This document shows positions 18,939 through 27,388 of a stretch of DNA of 36,805 nt, piece after piece. Position 1 is the first letter of the stretch. Every line of letters begins with the position of its first letter. The position numbers and the translations under genes are program-made. This DNA is from Chloroflexota bacterium (lineage in GTDB: Bacteria > Chloroflexota > Limnocylindria > P2-11E), in assembly GCA_031394155.1 (NCBI GenBank), contig JANMWW010000093.1, positions 1 to 36,805 on the forward strand. Reading direction: 5' to 3'. The notes beneath the pieces were generated by a model. It ran no database searches. It was not told the DNA's origin and worked only from the letters and a program-made list of their open reading frames with translations.

Positions 18939-19739
18939 TCAATCTCCGAACGGCAATGGCGGCACGCTCAGGCCGGCGGCCATGGCGGCTCCGCGTCCGA
19001 TGAGCCCGAGCAGGTGCTCCGCCGCCAGCGCGTCCTGCACCTGGCTCGTGAACGCCGCGACGATCACCGTGCGTGACGGCCCAGCGAACACGGCGACGTC
19101 GTTCCGCGACGCGTCGAGCGTCCCGCTCTTGCTCGGGACCTTCGTGTTCGGAGCCATATAGCGGCGCAGCTTCCGGTCATCCTCGCAGCGCGCCATGATC
19201 GCGAGCACGGCATCCGATGTAGCGCGGTCGCGACATTCGCCGACGACAAGACGCGCGAGCAGCGCCACGAGGTCGCTCGCGGTGGCGACGTTCTCGAGGC
19301 CGCGCTTGGCGGCTTCAAAGTCATACATCTTCCGCTTCAGGGCGGTGTCCGTGATCCCCCACTCAGCCATCCGCGCAGCCACTCGCCCGAGGCCGAACCG
19401 CTCGATGACGCGGTTCGTCGCGGTGTTGTCGGAGAGGACCATCATCACCGCCGCCAGATCCCGCAGCGACAGCGCCGTGACGTCGCTCATGTCGCGGAGC
19501 ACGCCGGATCCGTCGACGCGCTCTCCGGTCGCGACCTCCTCCGCCAGGTCGATCAGTCCGTCGGCGGCGTCCGCATAGAGCGCCATGACCAGCGGCACCT
19601 TGATCACAGACGCAGCAGGGTACGCGCGGTCGGGCTCGTGAGCGAAGAGCGCCTCTCCGTCAGCCGAGTGCGCGAGCGCGCCGACACGGAACGGTGCGCG
19701 CGCGATGAGCTCGCGTGCGGCACCGAAATGATCCTGCAT
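18939..19739 (-). CDS. Class A beta-lactamase-like serine hydrolase, no signal peptide
   Basis: SxxK (ASVIK), SDN (LSDNTATN) and KSG (PSKSGT) occur in the canonical order and spacing. The N-terminus MQDHFGAARELIARAPF has no hydrophobic h-region. Confidence 0.8.
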   Translation of the reverse strand: MQDHFGAARELIARAPFRVGALAHSADGEALFAHEPDRAYPAASVIKVPLVMALYADAADGLIDLAEEVATGERVDGSGVLRDMSDVTALSLRDLAAVMMVLSDNTATNRVIERFGLGRVAARMAEWGITDTALKRKMYDFEAAKRGLENVATASDLVALLARLVVGECRDRATSDAVLAIMARCEDDRKLRRYMAPNTKVPSKSGTLDASRNDVAVFAGPSRTVIVAAFTSQVQDALAAEHLLGLIGRGAAMAAGLSVPPLPFGD

Positions 19740-19787
19740 AGGGCGAGGCTAGCGCCTAACCTTCGAGGCGTGACCCGAATTGCGCTC

Positions 19788-20687
19788 ATGCGGATCGTCA
19801 CCGCACTTTGCGCAGCACTCGTGCTCTCGTCGTGCATCTTCGGCCCCGACACGACGCAGCCCACGCCAACTCCAACCTCCACGACCTCTTCAGGCCCGAC
19901 GCGCCCACGGCTCGAGCTCTCCACGTATCAGTACGCCCTGCAGACGAGGAACAAGATGCGCGTTGGCGTCCGCGACAACGCCGCGCCGTACTCAATGCGC
20001 GGCACCAACGGCCAATACACCGGGCTCGAACCGGACATCGCGCGCGAGATCGCAAAGGCGATCTGGGGCACGATCGACGATCCGAGCACGCACATCGAAT
20101 GGATCTCCGTCGACAACTCGACGCGTGTCTCCTCACTCACCAACAATCAAGCGGACATCGTGGTCGCTGATCTCCTGATCAACGACGCGAACAAGAAGGT
20201 CATCGACCTATCCGACGGCTATTACAGGGACGGCCAGCGTCTCTTGGTAATGAAGACCAACGATCAGATCAAAGAGCTAGTCGACGTCGCGGCCGGCGAC
20301 CAGACGGTCACAGTGGTCAAGGGCACGCCGTGGGAAGAGAACGTGCGGCGCGTCACCAACGACCGTGCGAAGGTCTTTCCGCTCGACACGCTCGAGTTCT
20401 GCATGCAGGCGCTCACCTCCGGCGCCGCCGACGCGCTGACGCAGGATGAAGCCGCGCTCGTCGGTCTCGTCCTCAAGGACACCACCGTCAAGATCGTTGG
20501 CAAGCAGTTCACCGACGACCAGATGGGGATCGGCATCAAGCAGAACGTGAGCGCCGATCGCCAGGGCTTCCGAGAGTTCGTCAACAACTCGCTCCTGAAG
20601 ATCGTCGCCGACCGCACGTGGGCGAAGCTCTACGAGACCTACGTCACGCCGGTGACCGGCGAAAGGAAGCAGCTACCGACGGACTAG
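19788..20687 (+). CDS. Amino-acid ABC transporter substrate-binding lipoprotein (family 3 SBP), orphan
   Basis: MRIVTALCAALVLSSC has an LSSC lipobox, followed by a T/P/S-rich linker. MRVGVRDNAAPYS, GLEPDIAREIAK, ADIVVADL and GIGIKQ are typical of polar amino-acid SBPs. GTG at 19770 is an alternative start. Confidence 0.85.
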   Translation: MRIVTALCAALVLSSCIFGPDTTQPTPTPTSTTSSGPTRPRLELSTYQYALQTRNKMRVGVRDNAAPYSMRGTNGQYTGLEPDIAREIAKAIWGTIDDPSTHIEWISVDNSTRVSSLTNNQADIVVADLLINDANKKVIDLSDGYYRDGQRLLVMKTNDQIKELVDVAAGDQTVTVVKGTPWEENVRRVTNDRAKVFPLDTLEFCMQALTSGAADALTQDEAALVGLVLKDTTVKIVGKQFTDDQMGIGIKQNVSADRQGFREFVNNSLLKIVADRTWAKLYETYVTPVTGERKQLPTD

Positions 20688-20693
20688 AGCGCC

Positions 20694-21569
20694 CTATCCA
20701 GCCATACGCGCTTCGACCCTCGCGCGATCCGCGAGACCCTCCGTCCCGACCGCCTCGACGGCGAACGACGCGACCGCGTGCGCGAACCGCACGCACTCGA
20801 GCAGCGGGCGCCCCTCGGCGAGCGCGATCGCGAGCCCTGCCGCGAACGCGTCACCCGCGCCCGTCGGATCGACGACGCGGTCGGCGTGGAACGCTGCGAC
20901 CATGGTCTCAGTGCCGTCGACGAGCACGAGCGATCCGCGCTCGGCGAACGTGACGATCACTGGCGCGTGCAGGGGCAGGGGCCCCTGGGCGCGAAGCGAC
21001 GCCCAACGACGCGGTTCGCTGAGATCTCCGCCGACGTCCTCGTCGCTCAAGACGATGGCGGACGCGGTCGCGGTGACCTCGGCCACATCCTCCCAGCGGC
21101 GCGGATGGATCGATCCATCTGCATCCCACTCCCGCAGATATCCCTGCGCGGTCACCACGCTGGCGGCTTCGCCGGAGGCGCCGAGAAGACTGCGATCGAT
21201 CTCGTGTGCGATCGAGCCGAGGATCACCGCCTGCGCGGAACGCAGAGCGGGCGGGACGTCGCCTAGCGCCAATCCGCGCGCGCGAGCCTTGAGCTTCATC
21301 AGGCGCTTCCCGTCCTCATAGCGGAACGCGAAGGTCGTCGTGACTTCGGCCGGCAGCGCGTGGAGCTCGATGCCCAGGCGCGTGCACCGTTCTTCGAGCG
21401 GCGCTCGTTCATTCGGCCCGACGCGCGTCACGATCGCAACTCGCGCACCCAGCCGCGCGACCGTCGCGGCCGTATAGAGCACCGTCCCGCCGAGGCGCCA
21501 GGTCGGCTCGCCGGCGAACTCGTCGCGGGCCACGTGGCCGATCGCGAGAAAGCGGATGGGCGCCGTCAT
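20694..21569 (-). CDS. PfkB-family carbohydrate/nucleoside kinase
   Basis: The protein has a ribokinase-like layout with VDPTGAGDAFAAGL near the C-terminus. ATG at 21569 (MTAPIRFLAIGH) overlaps the upstream stop by 1 nt. The 128-aa track extension was rejected. Confidence 0.85.
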   Translation of the reverse strand: MTAPIRFLAIGHVARDEFAGEPTWRLGGTVLYTAATVARLGARVAIVTRVGPNERAPLEERCTRLGIELHALPAEVTTTFAFRYEDGKRLMKLKARARGLALGDVPPALRSAQAVILGSIAHEIDRSLLGASGEAASVVTAQGYLREWDADGSIHPRRWEDVAEVTATASAIVLSDEDVGGDLSEPRRWASLRAQGPLPLHAPVIVTFAERGSLVLVDGTETMVAAFHADRVVDPTGAGDAFAAGLAIALAEGRPLLECVRFAHAVASFAVEAVGTEGLADRARVEARMAG

Positions 21570-22675
21570 CAGACGTTGAACAGCACGTGGAGGCAGTCGC
21601 CGTCCCGCACCGGATAGGTCTTTCCCTCGGTGCGCATGATGCCCAGCTTCTTCGCATTCGCTTCGGAGCCCGCCTTCAACAGCTCGTCCCAGCGGATGAC
21701 TTCCGCCCGGATGAACCCGCGCTCCAGATCCGAGTGGATCGCGCCCGCGGCCTGCTGCGCCGGGGTGTTCGCGGCGATCGTCCACGCGCGCACTTCGTCC
21801 TCGCCCGTCGTGAAGAACGAGATCATTCCCAGCAGCTCGTACGTCGCGCGCACGACGCGCGAGAGCGCAGCCTCCGTGACGCCGAGCTCGGCGCGGAACG
21901 CTGCGGCCTCCGCCGCCGGCAGCTCGGCGATCTCCGCCTCGAGCTTTGCGCACACCGGCACGACGGCCATGCCTTTGTGTTTCGCCGCCGCGACGCGCAG
22001 TGGCGCCAGGATCGGATCCGAATTCGCCACGTCGGACTCGTCGATGTTGGCGATCACCAGCTGCGGCTGGAGCGTGAGGAAGCGATAGCCGCGGATGGAC
22101 TTGCGCTCGTCGTCATCGAGCCCGATGTCGCGCAGCGGTGTCTCCGCATCGAGCGCAGCCATGGCCTTCTGAAGCACGAGCCTCTCGCGCTCGCGCGCCT
22201 CCTTCTCGGGACCCTTTGCCGTGCGGATCTCTGGCTCGATCCGCTCCAGCCGCTTCTCGACGACAGCGTGATCCGCGAAGAGCAGCTCGAGCTCGAGGCT
22301 CGAGAGATCGCGCACCGGATCGATGGTCGCGTCGACGTGCGGGACCGACGGATCGCGGAACGCGCGCACCACGTGCACGAGCAGGTCGGAGCTGCGCAGG
22401 TCGCCGAGCTTCTGCGTGCTGATCCCCTGCCCCTTCTCGGCGGAGTGCGCGAGACCAAGATCGCGATACGTGACTTCCGCGAGCGTCGTCTTCTTCGGCT
22501 TGAACATCCCGCTGAGCTTGTCGATGCGCTCGTCGGCGACCTTCGCCACCCCGACGTTCGTCTCGCCCTCCGCGCCTGCGAACGCGCCGGTCGATGCATG
22601 ACCGCCGGTGAGCAGATTGAAAAGCGTCGTCATTCCGACGTACGGCAGTCCGGTGATGGTCGAGACGAGGTTCAT
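21569..22675 (-). CDS. ychF: YchF/OLA1-family protein with degenerate NTPase motifs
   Basis: It is colinear with YchF. IANIDESD matches the NxxE-type G4, a coiled-coil insert is present, and the C-terminal TGS-like part reads GFIRAEVIRWDELL...EGKTYPVRDGDCLHVLFNV. G1 reads GLPYVGMTTLFN instead of GLPNVGKSTLFN, and the DxxG region reads RDLGLAHS. Confidence 0.9.
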   Translation of the reverse strand: MNLVSTITGLPYVGMTTLFNLLTGGHASTGAFAGAEGETNVGVAKVADERIDKLSGMFKPKKTTLAEVTYRDLGLAHSAEKGQGISTQKLGDLRSSDLLVHVVRAFRDPSVPHVDATIDPVRDLSSLELELLFADHAVVEKRLERIEPEIRTAKGPEKEARERERLVLQKAMAALDAETPLRDIGLDDDERKSIRGYRFLTLQPQLVIANIDESDVANSDPILAPLRVAAAKHKGMAVVPVCAKLEAEIAELPAAEAAAFRAELGVTEAALSRVVRATYELLGMISFFTTGEDEVRAWTIAANTPAQQAAGAIHSDLERGFIRAEVIRWDELLKAGSEANAKKLGIMRTEGKTYPVRDGDCLHVLFNV

Positions 22676-23493
22676 TGGAGCTGTGTCGCCTCCACGTCGA
22701 GGTCCTCGCCGAAGATCGTGCGCGCGACCATGCGAAAGCGGTCCACCGGTCCGGTCGCGTGCACTTCGTGCTTTGGTCGGCCGGGGCCCGCGAGCAGTCG
22801 ATGTGATGCCAGGACCTCGCGCACGGCGAGCGCGGTCGTCGTCGCGGAATCGACCACCCGCACGCCAGGCCCGGCGATCTTCGCGAACTCGTCGCGCAGC
22901 AGCGGGTAATGCGTGCAGCCGAGGAGCAGCGTGTCCACGACCGGCGTCACGACACCGCCCTCGGTCAGCAAGGGCTCGACGTACTCACGCACGGCCGCGA
23001 GCGCCTCGGGCGTCCCGGCCTTCCCCGCCTCGACGATCGTGACGAGCTTGGGACAAGCCTGCTGGATGACATCCGCGAGCGGATCGAGATCGCGCACCGC
23101 GCGCACGTACGCACCGGAGCGGACCGTACCCAGCGTCGCCAGCACGCCGATCGCGCGCCGCGCCGACGCGGCCACCGCGGCCGACGCACCAGGACGCACC
23201 ACACCGATCACCGGCACCGGCGACTCGTCGCGCACGGTCTCGAGCGCGGCGCTCGTCGCGGTGTTGCACGCGATCACGATGAGCTTGCAGTCGCGAGCCG
23301 CGAACCAGCGGAGCGCCTCGCGCGTGAAGCCGATCACTTCCGCGGCCGGCCGTGGTCCGTAGGGCATGCGTGCCTCATCGCCCAGATAGATCGTCGCCTC
23401 GGACGGCAGCTGCTTGCGGAGCTCCTTCAAGACGGTGAGGCCGCCGACGCCCGAGTCGAAGACGCCGATGGGCAGCGCGCTGCGATCGGCCAC
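22672..23493 (-). CDS. murI: Glutamate racemase
   Basis: GVFDSGVGGLTV, VIACNTAT and LGCTHYP carry the two catalytic Cys. The start is GTG at 23493 ((M)ADRSALPIGVFDSG), 8 nt after the upstream stop. The stop overlaps the ychF-like ATG (ATGA). Confidence 0.9.
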   Translation of the reverse strand: MADRSALPIGVFDSGVGGLTVLKELRKQLPSEATIYLGDEARMPYGPRPAAEVIGFTREALRWFAARDCKLIVIACNTATSAALETVRDESPVPVIGVVRPGASAAVAASARRAIGVLATLGTVRSGAYVRAVRDLDPLADVIQQACPKLVTIVEAGKAGTPEALAAVREYVEPLLTEGGVVTPVVDTLLLGCTHYPLLRDEFAKIAGPGVRVVDSATTTALAVREVLASHRLLAGPGRPKHEVHATGPVDRFRMVARTIFGEDLDVEATQLQ

Positions 23494-23501
23494 GATCGCG
23501 G

Positions 23502-24605
23502 CTACTTGCGCTGCTGCGAGACGAGAGCGGTGGCGAGGTGTTCGATCGCCTTGCTGATCGCCGCGTTCGGCTGCGAGAGCACGAACGGCGTCTGCTTGTT
23601 GAGCGAGTCGCTCACGATCTTCCAATCGGTCGGGATTTCGCCGATCACCGGGAGGTTGAGGGCGTGCTCGAGACCGCCACGGGACATGCCCGAGGCCGTA
23701 TCGGACTGATTCACGACGAGGAGGATCGGCTTCTGGCCTTTGTAGCCAAGCGCCTCGAACGTGTCGATGGCCGCGCGCGCGTTCGCGACGGTCGCGGTCA
23801 TGTAAGTGACGACGATGAGGATGAGGCTCGCCGCGTCGAGGATCGCGAGCGTGTCCTCGGTGAGGCGGGCGGGCGTATCGACGATGGTGTAGTCGTGACT
23901 CTCGGCGAGGAAGCCCATCGCCGCCGCGATGTCCGCGGCCTGCACGAGGTCGGCCTCCTCGGGACGTCCAGGGGCGAGCAGCACGTGCACTCCGCCGGGG
24001 CCTTCCCACAGGATCTCGCTGAGCGTCGTGCGCATCGCGCCCGCCGCCGGCAGGTCGACGAACGAACGCGTCGTCGGCGGTACTTGCAGCACGTGCCGGA
24101 TGGCGCCGAACTGCATGACGCCATCGAGGAGCGCCACGGCTTTGCCTTGCTTGCGCAGCACGCACGCGAGATTGATCGCGAGCGTCGTCTTTCCCGTGCC
24201 GCCCTTCGGCGAGTACACCGCGACGGTCACTCCCTTCGACTTCGCGACACCCTTACCGACGTTGAGCGCGACACCAAGCTCGTTCGCGCCGCCGGGGAGC
24301 ACGAACACCGCGTCGATGCCCAGGTCGGGCTTCGGATCGATCGGGCGCTGCGGGACGGTCACCATGACGATGCGCGTGCCGGGGGAGGCCGCGCGGATCT
24401 TCTTCGCGACGTCGAAGCCCGTGGTCTTGCCCTGGAGCAAGGCGTCGATCATCACGATGTCCGGTTTCTCGGTCGCCGCCTGTGCGATGGCGGCGTCGGC
24501 CTCGGTCTGGACACCGGCCAGCTCGACGTCCTTCTCCCGGGCCAACATCGATTGAAGGTGCTCGGCGACCTGCGGCAGGTCCTCGATCAGCAGAACTCGT
24601 TTCAT
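23502..24605 (-). CDS. Response-regulator receiver domain fused to a MinD/ParA-type ATPase (CpaE/TadZ-like architecture)
   Basis: MKRVLLIEDLPQ...DIVMIDALL...VMVTV forms a REC domain with plausible acidic pocket and acceptor Asp. The deviant Walker A VYSPKGGTGKTTLAINLA follows, then DYTIVDTP. The start is ATG at 24605. Confidence 0.85.
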   Translation of the reverse strand: MKRVLLIEDLPQVAEHLQSMLAREKDVELAGVQTEADAAIAQAATEKPDIVMIDALLQGKTTGFDVAKKIRAASPGTRIVMVTVPQRPIDPKPDLGIDAVFVLPGGANELGVALNVGKGVAKSKGVTVAVYSPKGGTGKTTLAINLACVLRKQGKAVALLDGVMQFGAIRHVLQVPPTTRSFVDLPAAGAMRTTLSEILWEGPGGVHVLLAPGRPEEADLVQAADIAAAMGFLAESHDYTIVDTPARLTEDTLAILDAASLILIVVTYMTATVANARAAIDTFEALGYKGQKPILLVVNQSDTASGMSRGGLEHALNLPVIGEIPTDWKIVSDSLNKQTPFVLSQPNAAISKAIEHLATALVSQQRK

Positions 24606-24621
24606 CGACGGCGAGTTTAGG

Positions 24622-25293
24622 TCACTTCGCGGTGCGGAGGCGCAGGCTTGCGGCTCCGGCGAGCCCCAGCGCGACAGCAATGAACGAAAGTCCCACTCGC
24701 AGGCTGATCCCCTCCCAGTACCAGTCGGGATACAGGCGGATCAGGTTGCTCGTCGCCGGGTCGAAGAGGAAGTTGCCCTGCGGGAAGAACACGTAATGGA
24801 AGGCAAGGAACAGCGGCTCGAAGGCGAAGATCGCCACCACTCCGATGAGCACGACGCATGCGGCGGCGATCAACGACCCGTCCCGCACGAGCCGCCACAT
24901 CTCGCGCGGTGAACGTGCCCGTGCGCGCTGCAGCCGGATGAAGATCACGAGGAGCGATACCGGCACGAGGAAACGCGTGGCTTCGAACACGCGGCGAACG
25001 TCGGCCATGTGCGCGTACTCGTCCTCCGAGAACACGATCGGCATCGCCGGGGGTCGCGGTGGATCGGCCATCCCCCAGGTCACGTAGCGCGACCATTGGC
25101 CGTGGAGCAGGACCGCCGTCTCGACATCCGTCTCGTGCGTCCGGCCGCCGGGCGCGACGAACACGAATCGATCGACGCCGTTCGCGCGCGCGAGATCGCG
25201 ATACGGAGTCTCACCCGACCACACGAGCGCGAAGACGACGAGACCTGCGACCGTCAGCGCAAGTACGAACAAGGCGAGTTCGAGCGCTCTCAT
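24622..25293 (-). CDS. DUF1461/TIGR01906-like integral membrane protein (Lit-like)
   Basis: There are about 4-5 TM helices, and FLAFHYVFFPQGNFLFDPATSNLIRLYPDWYW resembles the DUF1461 signature. ATG at 25293 overlaps the upstream stop (ATGA). The family call is from memory. Confidence 0.7.
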   Translation of the reverse strand: MRALELALFVLALTVAGLVVFALVWSGETPYRDLARANGVDRFVFVAPGGRTHETDVETAVLLHGQWSRYVTWGMADPPRPPAMPIVFSEDEYAHMADVRRVFEATRFLVPVSLLVIFIRLQRARARSPREMWRLVRDGSLIAAACVVLIGVVAIFAFEPLFLAFHYVFFPQGNFLFDPATSNLIRLYPDWYWEGISLRVGLSFIAVALGLAGAASLRLRTAK

Positions 25294-26309
25294 GCCGGCA
25301 CGACACCGAGTCCGGGCCGTTCGCTGAAGACGAAGCGGCCGTCTTGAACAAGCACCGCGCGGAAGGGATCGTCGACGATGAGCAGATTGCCGTCGAGGTC
25401 GGCCCATTCGACCGACGGCGCGAGATGAGCCGCTGCGGCGATCGCGACGCTCGTCTCGGCCGCGCGGCATCCGAGCATCACCTTGAGCCCGAGGTCATGC
25501 GCGCGCTTGATCATCGTGTGCGCCTCGGCAATGCCACCGCTCTTTTGAATCTTCACGTTGATCCCGTCGCAGGCCTCGGCGAGGCGATCGACGTCATTGA
25601 CGCGCACCGCCGCCTCGTCCGCCACGATCGGCAGCTCGCTGTGCACGCGGACGAAGCGGAGCCCGTCGATGTCCTGCGGGGGCGTCGGCTGCTCGACGAA
25701 CTCGATGTCGAATCGGACGATCCGCCTGATGCGCTCGGGCGCTTCCTCGGGCGTCCACGCCGCGTTGGGGTCGACGCGGATCGGGCCACTGAATCGCTCG
25801 CGGATGCCCGCCAGGACTGCCTCGTCGTCACCATGCCCGAGCTTCACCTTGAGCACCTTGTAGCCCTTCGCGGCAGCGGCCGCAGCGCGCTCGGCCATGA
25901 CCGCCGGCTCGGCGATGCCGATCGTGAACGAGGTTGGCGGCGCATCGGTGCCCGGGATGCCCAGGAACGTGTGCAGGGGCAGGCCCGCGGCCTGTGCCGC
26001 GCGGTCGTGGCCCAGCGTGTCCAGCGCGCACGCGGCCGCTCCTCCGTGCGGGAACCGCCCGTCGAGCCGCTGCTTGAGCGTCGCGAGATCCGCGGGGTCC
26101 TCGGGTAGCAGGTCGAGCGCACTCCGCACGTCGGCTTCGATGCTCTCGCTCGTCTCATTGAAGAACGGATCGGGCGAACCCTCGCCGCGAGACACCCGGC
26201 CGGCCTCGTCGAGCTCGACGATCACGACGCGCTTCTCGGTGCGCACGGCGCGCGAGATCTGGAAGGGCACCGCGAGATGGACGTCGAGCGTGTAGACGCG
26301 GGTCTTCAT
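25290..26309 (-). CDS. Enolase-superfamily epimerase/racemase (L-Ala-D/L-Glu dipeptide epimerase or N-acyl-amino-acid racemase-like)
   Basis: KVKLG, RVDPNAAW, FVEQP, ADE and KIQKSGG give the MR/MLE-type metal and acid-base residue pattern. The length is 339 aa. The ATG overlaps the upstream stop (ATGA). Confidence 0.85.
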   Translation of the reverse strand: MKTRVYTLDVHLAVPFQISRAVRTEKRVVIVELDEAGRVSRGEGSPDPFFNETSESIEADVRSALDLLPEDPADLATLKQRLDGRFPHGGAAACALDTLGHDRAAQAAGLPLHTFLGIPGTDAPPTSFTIGIAEPAVMAERAAAAAAKGYKVLKVKLGHGDDEAVLAGIRERFSGPIRVDPNAAWTPEEAPERIRRIVRFDIEFVEQPTPPQDIDGLRFVRVHSELPIVADEAAVRVNDVDRLAEACDGINVKIQKSGGIAEAHTMIKRAHDLGLKVMLGCRAAETSVAIAAAAHLAPSVEWADLDGNLLIVDDPFRAVLVQDGRFVFSERPGLGVVPA

Positions 26310-27388
26310 CCAGCCGCCGGCCGACGCGACTCCACTGCTGTGATCAGAGCCCAGGCGAGCAGATCCGCGCCGAGGGCGCCGTCGCGGATCGGGTCGGCGG
26401 CGGGAAGCCTGGTCTCGCCGCCCGCTTCGGAGATCGACGCGCGCGCGAGATCATCGGTCAGACGAGCGGTGTTCAAGGCGACCGCGACCACACGCGCACG
26501 CTCAGCGCCGCTCGGGCGTGACCATGACGCGGCCTCCTCGTAGATCCCGATGCACTCGGTGAGCGACCGCAGGCGCAGCCCTTCCCGTTCGTATCCCTTC
26601 ATCACCGGTCGAGCCGCGTCGTGGCACAGGACCAGGAGATCGGGCGCGGTCCCGTGCAGTAGCCCGAGCGTCACGCCGGAAAACCCCGGATGCGTGAGCG
26701 AGCCCTGCCCTTCGACGATCACGTAGTCGGCTGATTCCGCGGCGTCGCAAACCATCTTCTCAGCCGCGCCGGCGATGAAGTCGGCGACAACGGCGTCGAC
26801 CGCGATCCCCTCGCCCGCGATGGCGATGCCCGTCTGACCGGTCGCGACGAAGGCGGCGCGCTTGCCCGCACGGCGCAGCGCTTCAGCGATCTCGAGCGAC
26901 GCCGTCATCTTCCCCACCGCGGCGTCGGTGCCGACAGTGAGCACGACGATCGCGCCCTCGCGCCGCGCACGGTGTCCGCCGATCGGGAGAGGCGCTGGTG
27001 GCTCGCGGAGTTCGCGCACCGTCGCATTGCCGCGCTCGGCCGCCGCGGCCAGCGCCGGATCGGAGAGAACGCGTTCGTGCAGTCCATTCCAGACCGTGAT
27101 GCCGCGCTCGAGCGCGCGCGCCAGATGAGGGCGATACGAGTCCGCGATGCGGCCGCCCGCGGACGCCGTGCCGATCAGCAACGCCTCCGCGCCGAGTGCG
27201 ATCGCTTCGTCGACCGTCGCGACAATTGGCACGCCCTTTCCAACCCCGACGACCGCGAATGCGTCCCGGCCCACCGTGGCCGAATCGACGATCGCTACCA
27301 CGGGATAGGGCGAGTAGCGCAGGACGCCGATCGCGGTCTTCGCCGTCGCCGGCGCGAATTGGCCCTCCGCGAGGATCGCGAGTTTCAC
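26306..27388 (-). CDS. DUF1611-family protein (DgcN-like putative N-acetyltransferase)
   Basis: MKLAILAEGQF...AKTA.GVLRY, VGTDAAVGKMT and VEGQGSL.HPGFSGVTLGLLHG are typical of DUF1611. GTG at 27388 overlaps the upstream stop (GTGA). Confidence 0.8.
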   Translation of the reverse strand: MKLAILAEGQFAPATAKTAIGVLRYSPYPVVAIVDSATVGRDAFAVVGVGKGVPIVATVDEAIALGAEALLIGTASAGGRIADSYRPHLARALERGITVWNGLHERVLSDPALAAAAERGNATVRELREPPAPLPIGGHRARREGAIVVLTVGTDAAVGKMTASLEIAEALRRAGKRAAFVATGQTGIAIAGEGIAVDAVVADFIAGAAEKMVCDAAESADYVIVEGQGSLTHPGFSGVTLGLLHGTAPDLLVLCHDAARPVMKGYEREGLRLRSLTECIGIYEEAASWSRPSGAERARVVAVALNTARLTDDLARASISEAGGETRLPAADPIRDGALGADLLAWALITAVESRRPAAG

